DNA from: Nanobdellota archaeon
Lineage (GTDB): Archaea; Nanobdellota; Nanobdellia; Woesearchaeales; GW2011-AR4
DNA length: 64,000 nt
Direction: 5' to 3'
NCBI GenBank assembly: GCA_038046385.1
Contig: JBBSWH010000005.1
Span: forward strand, 1-64,000
Shown: piece after piece, positions 58,217 to 64,000 of the stretch
Layout: each line of letters starts with the position of its first letter
Position numbering within the stretch: position 1 is the first letter of the stretch
Translations under genes and position numbers: made by a program
Notes under the pieces: model-generated
Database searches by the model: none
What the model saw: only the letters and a program-made list of their open reading frames with translations
Told to the model about the DNA's origin: nothing

Positions 58217-58522
58217 ATGAATTTTGTAAAAGTCTTAAATGTAAATGAACTGAATCACGGAGAGTGCAAGGTTGTTGAAGTTGACGGCAATGAAGTTGCG
58301 CTGTTCAATGTAAACGGAGAATTTTTCGCAATCCGCAATACATGCCCTCACAGAGGAGGCTCTTTGGGAGAAGGAATGCTTGAAGGAAATGTTGTTTCCT
58401 GCCCATTGCATGGCTGGCAGTTTGACGTCAAAAACGGGCAGAATGCAAGAATGCCTGGCCCTAATGTAACGTGCTATAAAGTAAAGATTGAAGGCAACGA
58501 TGTGCTTATATCGCTAGAATAA
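58217..58522 (+). CDS. Rieske [2Fe-2S] ferredoxin (NirD-like)
   Basis: CPH...CPLHGW. Confidence 0.92.
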   Translation: MNFVKVLNVNELNHGECKVVEVDGNEVALFNVNGEFFAIRNTCPHRGGSLGEGMLEGNVVSCPLHGWQFDVKNGQNARMPGPNVTCYKVKIEGNDVLISLE

Positions 58523-59506
58523 TTATAACTTTTTCTTTTTAATCTTTATTTTCAGCTTCTTCATTGACTTAAGCGCTGCAGGATATGAAAGAAGTATGTT
58601 TTTTGCGCCGTAATGGGTTATGACGGATAATGAATTTGTTATGCCCAGCTTTATCGCAAACTCTATGTCATTTTTTTTCAGGATACCGGAAAGCATTGAA
58701 GATGCAAACGCGTCTCCTGCGCCTGTTGAGTCCAAAACTTTTACAGATGGAGGCCTTGCAGTATAGATATGATTGCCATGCGACACATGGATATCATTTT
58801 TTCCGTCTGTGACTGCAATTATGTTTGGTCCAAAGCCATGAAGCCTTTGCAGAACATCTTCAATTTTACCGCTGCCTGCAAGAGTTTCTGCCTCTTCTTT
58901 GTTCAGGATAAGAAGCTCTGTATTGCTGAGTATGTTTTTAAGATATCTGCTCCCTTTTTCCGCAAGATATGATGTAGGATTAAAAGCGATCTTTATTTTG
59001 TTCTTTTTTGCAAATACAGCAATTTTTTCAAGAGTCTTGAATGATGTTTCCATCATTGCGCCAAAATAAAACCATTTTGCCTTAAGCTTGTTGTAAGGAA
59101 CATCTGCATTTCTTAAATCGTTGTTGATGCCCTTATAGGCAAGTATTGTCCTGTCATGCTCTATGCTGTCAAGTATGACAGAATACCCGGAGTTTCCTTT
59201 TCCGCGGCTGCACAACAAGTCAACTTTTTCTTTTTTGAGGGAAGAGTGGATGAATTCTGAGTTTGTTCCATCTCCAATTTTTCCCACAAATCCCACTTTA
59301 TGGCCAAGCCTTGCCAGCGCAACAGCAGTGTTTGTTCCTCCGCCCCCTGTTGTGAAATCAAGCTCGTCTATGAGGATTTTTGTTCCAACAGGGAATGCAA
59401 GCAAATCAGTCTCTCCTTTTGGGTCAATTATCTTGATAATCTCAGAAAACCTTGTCCTTGCAAAAACATCAAGAGTTGCGCTGCCAACAGTTATTACGTC
59501 ATACAT
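58523..59506 (-). CDS. PfkB-family carbohydrate kinase
   Basis: GGGGTNTA, NKEEA, DSTGAGDAF; start at MYDVITVG. Confidence 0.92.
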   Translation of the reverse strand: MYDVITVGSATLDVFARTRFSEIIKIIDPKGETDLLAFPVGTKILIDELDFTTGGGGTNTAVALARLGHKVGFVGKIGDGTNSEFIHSSLKKEKVDLLCSRGKGNSGYSVILDSIEHDRTILAYKGINNDLRNADVPYNKLKAKWFYFGAMMETSFKTLEKIAVFAKKNKIKIAFNPTSYLAEKGSRYLKNILSNTELLILNKEEAETLAGSGKIEDVLQRLHGFGPNIIAVTDGKNDIHVSHGNHIYTARPPSVKVLDSTGAGDAFASSMLSGILKKNDIEFAIKLGITNSLSVITHYGAKNILLSYPAALKSMKKLKIKIKKKKL

Positions 59507-59598
59507 AACTATAAAACTGAATTGGCAGTTTATATAGTTTATTGTTAAAGAAGCCCAATACCAAAGATTATTTATAGTATCTCTGCATATTAAGCAGA

Positions 59599-60141
59599 AT
59601 GGTTCCAAGCAAAATTTTTATGACGAAAGGTATTGGGGTCCATAAGGATAGGCTTTCCTCATTCGAGCTTGCATTAAGGGATGCAGGCATTGAAAAATTT
59701 AATCTTGTCACAGTTTCCAGCATTTTACCGCCAAACTGCAAGATTATACCAAAAGATGAGGGATTGACCCACCTTAATCCGGGTGAGATAGTTTTCTGTG
59801 TTATGGCCAGATTGGACACTAATGAGCCCAATAGACTGATAGCCTCTTCTATAGGGGTTGCAGTTCCGAAAGATACAAGCAATTATGGCTATTTGTCGGA
59901 GCATCATTCTTATGGAGAAACTGCAAAAAAATCAGGAGAGTATGCAGAAGATCTTGCAGCGACGATGCTTGCCACCACTCTCGGAATTGAATTTGACCCA
60001 AACCAGGCATGGGAAGAAAGGGAAGACATATACAAAGCCAGCGGCCACATATTCAAGACAATAAATATATGCCAGTCTGCCGAGGGCAACAAAGACGGCT
60101 TGTGGACAACTGTAGTTGCAAGCGCAATACTTCTGCCTTAA
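59599..60141 (+). CDS. pdaD: Pyruvoyl-dependent arginine decarboxylase
   Basis: [29 protein letters not shown]. Confidence 0.92.
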   Translation: MVPSKIFMTKGIGVHKDRLSSFELALRDAGIEKFNLVTVSSILPPNCKIIPKDEGLTHLNPGEIVFCVMARLDTNEPNRLIASSIGVAVPKDTSNYGYLSEHHSYGETAKKSGEYAEDLAATMLATTLGIEFDPNQAWEEREDIYKASGHIFKTINICQSAEGNKDGLWTTVVASAILLP

Positions 60142-60185
60142 TTTAACAGTTAAATTTATATTTGCGAAAAAAATATGTTTTTTAT

Positions 60186-60707
60186 ATGAAAAATAAAATA
60201 TTTGCCATAGTTTCATTTGCTTTAGTTTTATTTCTGATTGGGTGCGCGCAGGAAGACAAAACAGCGTGCACAATGGACGCAAAGGCATGCCCTGATGGGA
60301 CATATGTCGGAAGGATTGCACCAGACTGCGAGTTTGAAAAATGCCCAGAAGTTCCGAATTCCGGCTGTGATTACACTAAAGAAGAGCCAAAATACGTTGG
60401 AAAGAGCGAAGATGAGTGTTCTGTCATAAGATTTATGTGCACTCAGGAAAGGGAATATTTCAAAGATGAATGCGGCTGCGGGTGCAAATTAAAAACAACA
60501 TCTCCGGAAACTAAACTGAAGGTAACAGACTGCCCTGCCCAAAGACCAGAAATGTGCACGAAGGATTACAGGCCTGCATGCGGATGGTTTGACCCTGCAA
60601 AAATACAATGCATAAAATATCCGTGCGCCCAGACTTTCTCCAATTCATGCACTGCATGCTCTGATGAAAAAGTCATATCCTGGTCAGAAGGAGATTGTCC
60701 AAAGTAA
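60186..60707 (+). CDS. Disulfide-rich lipoprotein with Kazal-like C-terminal domain
   Basis: Lipobox LIG-C; CTMDAKACPDG; CTKDYRPACG...TFSNSC. Confidence 0.8.
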   Translation: MKNKIFAIVSFALVLFLIGCAQEDKTACTMDAKACPDGTYVGRIAPDCEFEKCPEVPNSGCDYTKEEPKYVGKSEDECSVIRFMCTQEREYFKDECGCGCKLKTTSPETKLKVTDCPAQRPEMCTKDYRPACGWFDPAKIQCIKYPCAQTFSNSCTACSDEKVISWSEGDCPK

Positions 60708-60761
60708 TCAGTTCAGTGGAACTTCTATAAAGAGTATTTTTTGATTTTGTTGCCAGTATAC

Positions 60762-61157
60762 TTATCTTGCAGTGTAGCTGAAGATAAAAAGTAGGATGTT
60801 AACAAAATAGATGGAATAACATACTATACATACTGTCTTGACCTTGAAGTTAAGCATATAGGCAAGGTATATTGAACCTATCAGGGATAATATTGAAAGG
60901 TAAAATATTATGTTAGTCATTCCGAAAATGTTCAGTGTAATTACCAGAATGTAAAACGCCATTCCGGCCAGTCCGTTTGATATTCCAAAAAACAGATGCC
61001 CGTAGCCGCTTGTAAATGTCTTGCTGCACGACATCCTGTCGCTTATGTCACATACTGCCTTGTAGCTGCTGTCTTTTGAAGTTTTTCTTTCAACGTAAAA
61101 TGAATATAGGGAAAGAAGAAATCCAATTGCAGGGATTATCAATAATGAGGTTTGCAT
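60762..61157 (-). CDS. Vitamin K epoxide reductase (VKOR) family protein
   Basis: CDISDRMSCSKTFTSGYG loop, CIVC active site. Confidence 0.92.
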   Translation of the reverse strand: MQTSLLIIPAIGFLLSLYSFYVERKTSKDSSYKAVCDISDRMSCSKTFTSGYGHLFFGISNGLAGMAFYILVITLNIFGMTNIIFYLSILSLIGSIYLAYMLNFKVKTVCIVCYSIYFVNILLFIFSYTAR

Positions 61158-61246
61158 TGTATGTATTATTCGTTCCTTATTTATTAATTATTCGCATTCT
61201 TTACGCGCTAAAAAATAAAAAGAAAAAAATTTATCCAAAAAAAAAC

Positions 61247-61276
61247 TTAACAGCACCCTTTTCCTTTTCCTACCAT
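61247..61276 (-). CDS. Micropeptide MVGKGKGCC (9 aa)
   Basis: GAGGTGA SD (61281-61287), T-rich tract after the stop, homolog of 7674-7706. Confidence 0.65.
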   Translation of the reverse strand: MVGKGKGCC

Positions 61277-61310
61277 TTTTTCACCTCTGAGTTTAATGTT
61301 TATTATTGGT

Positions 61311-61910
61311 TTATATGAAAACTTCGTTTTCATCGAACCTTACTTTTGGCTTTGAAGTATCTGCTGCATATCCTATCGGACACAATACGGTCGGCACAAT
61401 ATTGGCTGGGAGGTCCAGTATTTTTGCGTATGCTGCTGAATCAAATCCTTCCATTGGGCAAGAATCTATTCCGAGCGCTTTTGACCCGTTTAATGCATTG
61501 CCTAGAGCAAGATAAACCTGTCTTTGAGCCCATGCAAGCTTTTTCTGGTCGTCCATTCCTTTTTCAAATGATCTCATCATGTCAGCGTATTGCTTGGCGC
61601 CTGCGGCATCCATTCCATTTTTAATCATGAGCTTTTCAAGCCTGTCTATGTTGCCTGCAACATCCTTGTCTGCGCAGAACACGAGTAAATGAGAACATGT
61701 AGTTATCTGCAGTTGGTTCCATGAAACTGGAGCTAATTTTTCCTTTGTAGCCTGATCCGTTACTATTTTGATTTTCCACGGCTGTATATTGTAAGAGCTC
61801 GGAGAGTATCTTATGAGTTCTTTAAGTTTGTTTACCCTTTCTTCAGGAACCTTTTTTCCGTCGAATTTCTTTACTGCATATCTTCCCATTACTACTTTTT
61901 CGAATTCCAT
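61311..61910 (-). CDS. Nitroreductase (NfsB-like flavoprotein)
   Basis: RYAVKKF, SPSSYNIQPW, SCPMEGFD. Confidence 0.92.
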   Translation of the reverse strand: MEFEKVVMGRYAVKKFDGKKVPEERVNKLKELIRYSPSSYNIQPWKIKIVTDQATKEKLAPVSWNQLQITTCSHLLVFCADKDVAGNIDRLEKLMIKNGMDAAGAKQYADMMRSFEKGMDDQKKLAWAQRQVYLALGNALNGSKALGIDSCPMEGFDSAAYAKILDLPANIVPTVLCPIGYAADTSKPKVRFDENEVFI

Positions 61911-61969
61911 TTTATCACCACAATTTTATTAATTTAATTTTATCTGATTATTTTATGCTGATTTATAAA

Positions 61970-62104
61970 GTTATGTTGGCAGGAAGAGGGTCTTCTCCTG
62001 CCGCATAACCAAACTATAGGAAATAACTTTAATTTTCGTATGTATTTGTTATTTCCTAATAAGCAAATCACAACGGAAAGCTATGAATATTCGTGTGATT
62101 TGCT
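61970..62104. repeat. Three adjacent inverted repeats
   Basis: GGCAGGA/TCCTGCC; TAGGAAATAAC/GTTATTTCCTA; AGCAAATCACA/TGTGATTTGCT. Confidence 0.65.
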
Positions 62105-62113
62105 ATAAAATGA

Positions 62114-62425
62114 TTACATCATTGCTTTCTTCAGCTTCTCCTCAAATTCTGCAAATGATGCCTTATCCTTCATCTGATTGTTCCAGTATGCAATGCACGC
62201 TTCAACGCCTACTTGAGCCATTCGGTCCATTTTTGGGCCGATTGCCTTTTCATAAGCGGCTTTCATTTTTTCCTTCATCAGCTTTGACCATGCCTCATTG
62301 GCAAGCCCCATTATCATAGTAGCCATATTGTTGCTTTCGCAGCTGCATTCGTTTTCGCATCCGCATTTGCTGTCTTCGCAGCAGCTGTCGTTTGTTTCGC
62401 AGCACTTTTCTTCATTGCATCCCAT
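62114..62425 (-). CDS. Protein with metallothionein-like acidic Cys-rich N-terminus and Met-rich helical domain
   Basis: 9 Cys in the first 29 aa (CC, CxC); GGAGG SD. Confidence 0.8.
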   Translation of the reverse strand: MGCNEEKCCETNDSCCEDSKCGCENECSCESNNMATMIMGLANEAWSKLMKEKMKAAYEKAIGPKMDRMAQVGVEACIAYWNNQMKDKASFAEFEEKLKKAMM

Positions 62426-62490
62426 TTTCGTATCCTCCGATTGTTTGATTGATTATTTCTAATATTGGATATGCGATACTAATATTTAAA

Positions 62491-62510
62491 TATATCGGTT
62501 GTACGATATA
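62491..62510. promoter_or_regulatory. Inverted repeat, candidate PadR operator
   Basis: TATATCG-N6-CGATATA next to a TATA-like TATTTAAATA, between divergent genes. Confidence 0.55.
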
Positions 62511-62556
62511 CCAATCTAAGAAAAGTATAAATAGGATTCGTTATTCTTACCCTAAT

Positions 62557-62871
62557 ATGAGGAAGTGCTGTGAGATGAAGGGTTTTCTTAGCTTTCTTGT
62601 CCTCAAGCTAATAGGGAAAAACAATATGTCAGGAGAGGAGTTAAGCGAGGAGCTTAAGAAAAGAAAGGGAACAAAGCCAAGCCCTGGCACTATTTATCCA
62701 GTTCTGAAAGCCTTGAGCGAGAACGGCTTCATAGAGGAAGTCAAAGGAAAAGGCAAGCTGAAGAAATACAAAATAACAAAAAAAGGCCAAAAAGAGCTTG
62801 AGATAGCAACTCACAAGTTCTGCAATCTTTTCTATGACATGGAAAACGAATTTCACAGGTGCTGTAAATAA
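62557..62871 (+). CDS. PadR-family regulator with N- and C-terminal CC motifs
   Basis: MRKCCEM...SPGTIYPVL...YKITKKG...HRCCK. Confidence 0.9.
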   Translation: MRKCCEMKGFLSFLVLKLIGKNNMSGEELSEELKKRKGTKPSPGTIYPVLKALSENGFIEEVKGKGKLKKYKITKKGQKELEIATHKFCNLFYDMENEFHRCCK

Positions 62872-62882
62872 TTTTTCTTAAG

Positions 62883-63539
62883 ATGCAAAAATACAAGCTA
62901 GTTTGTTTTGATGTTGACGGCACTTTGATAGACAACATAAAATTCTCGTGGCAATTATTTCATGACTATTTCCAGACTGATGAGCATAGAAGAGAGGATG
63001 CAAAGAAAAAATTCTTTGACGGAAAAATAAGCTACATGGAATGGGCGGAGCATGACATAGGAATGTGGAAGGAAAAAGATGCAAAAAAGCAGGATTTCAT
63101 GAAAGCGCTTGACAAATTGAAGCTGATGGAAGGCGCAATTGAAACTCTGGAAGAGCTGAAGAAAAACGGAATGAAGCTTGCAGTCATATCTGGATCATTG
63201 AATGTGCTTCTTGAAAATTTCATACCAAACTACGAAGAGATTTTTGATGATGTTTTCATAAGCAAAATTCATTTTGACGAAAAAGGGCATATTGAAAGCA
63301 TTGAAGCAACTGAATTTGATATGGAAGCAAAGGCGCTTGCGCTGAAAAAAATAGCTGAAAGAGAAAAATTAAAGCTTGAAGAGTGTGTTTTTGTCGGAGA
63401 TTACCTGAATGACCTCAAGATAATGCAGGAAGCCGGGTTGGGGATTGCGTTCAACTGCAGCCATGATGAGCTTAAGAAAGCTGCTGATGTTGTAATAGAA
63501 GGGAAAGATTTGAGGAGCATTCTAAAGTATATAATTTAG
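62883..63539 (+). CDS. HAD phosphatase (SerB-like)
   Basis: FDVDGTL, ISG, K, GDYLND. Confidence 0.9.
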   Translation: MQKYKLVCFDVDGTLIDNIKFSWQLFHDYFQTDEHRREDAKKKFFDGKISYMEWAEHDIGMWKEKDAKKQDFMKALDKLKLMEGAIETLEELKKNGMKLAVISGSLNVLLENFIPNYEEIFDDVFISKIHFDEKGHIESIEATEFDMEAKALALKKIAEREKLKLEECVFVGDYLNDLKIMQEAGLGIAFNCSHDELKKAADVVIEGKDLRSILKYII

Positions 63540-63546
63540 AATTGCG

Positions 63547-63918
63547 TTATTTTCTTTTAAAAAGATTAATTACATAAAGAATAATTATTATCAAAATTCC
63601 AAGAACTATTGCCCCGTTTAATGAAACTGCGCTTAGGTATGCTGCATCGCTTCCGTCTGTTGCTATGAGATAGATAATCTGATCTGCAATCAAAGCGGCC
63701 CCTATTCCAGACACCATAATAACTAGTTTATTGTTGATCCTATTCACAAGCAACAAAGTGGAAAATATCAGAAGTATAGCGCCAGTAAACAGATGATGGA
63801 TGTTGTACCCCCCAATACTAAAATTAGCGCCAGGGTATAAATAAAGAAAAATTCTAAGAACTATCAGGGCTGCAGTAAATGATGCGGCAAACAAATGAAC
63901 GTTATTTTTTGATCGCAT
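63547..63918 (-). CDS. Membrane protein (HHLFTG motif)
   Basis: 4 TM segments, NIHHLFTG, GIGAALIADQ. Confidence 0.75.
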   Translation of the reverse strand: MRSKNNVHLFAASFTAALIVLRIFLYLYPGANFSIGGYNIHHLFTGAILLIFSTLLLVNRINNKLVIMVSGIGAALIADQIIYLIATDGSDAAYLSAVSLNGAIVLGILIIIILYVINLFKRK

Positions 63919-64000
63919 GTTAAAAAATTTAATCTTGAACCATACTTAACGCAAGCATCGGGAAAACTATTGTCGCATCTGCCTCTATGCAGACTGATTT

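Noticed and set aside
279-63223. Many short antisense or overlapping ORFs in the ORF track
   Set aside because: They are shadows of well-supported genes on the other strand or frame.
1-64000. CRISPR array, rRNA, integrase or transposase
   Set aside because: No regularly spaced direct repeats, cas genes, rRNA-like tracts or recombinase motifs were seen.

Overview
Archaeal chromosomal window. Markers are aRF1, histone, eIF5A, L40e, Rpp21, CarS, archaeal PEP carboxylase, XPD and an intron-containing tRNA-Val(CAC). Gene content and style (tandem Lrp, stand-alone LAGLIDADG, mini-Dph2) suggest a DPANN/Woesearchaeota-like lineage, which is inference. The window holds a ~15 kb copper/thiol-redox/lipoprotein island (3.8-19.2 kb: two Lgt homologs, DsbA, CcdA, multicopper oxidase, CopA/CopZ, ArsR), a HicA-like plus B12-radical-SAM pair, a liv ABC operon, a phospholipid head-group cluster (psd, two double-domain CDP-alcohol phosphatidyltransferases, PHP, carS), housekeeping genes and a second Cys-rich cluster (VKOR, nitroreductase, metallothionein-like protein, CC-tailed PadR). 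Signals missed by the ORF track: (1) two homologous ultra-small genes, MGKGKTKGCC (7674-7706 +) and MVGKGKGCC (61247-61276 -), each with a GAGGTGA Shine-Dalgarno at identical spacing and one in each metal/redox cluster; (2) a family of intergenic palindromic elements built from C-NNN-G triloop hairpins; (3) a pseudoknot-like leader upstream of eIF5A-L40e. All product calls come from motif recognition by eye. No searches were run.
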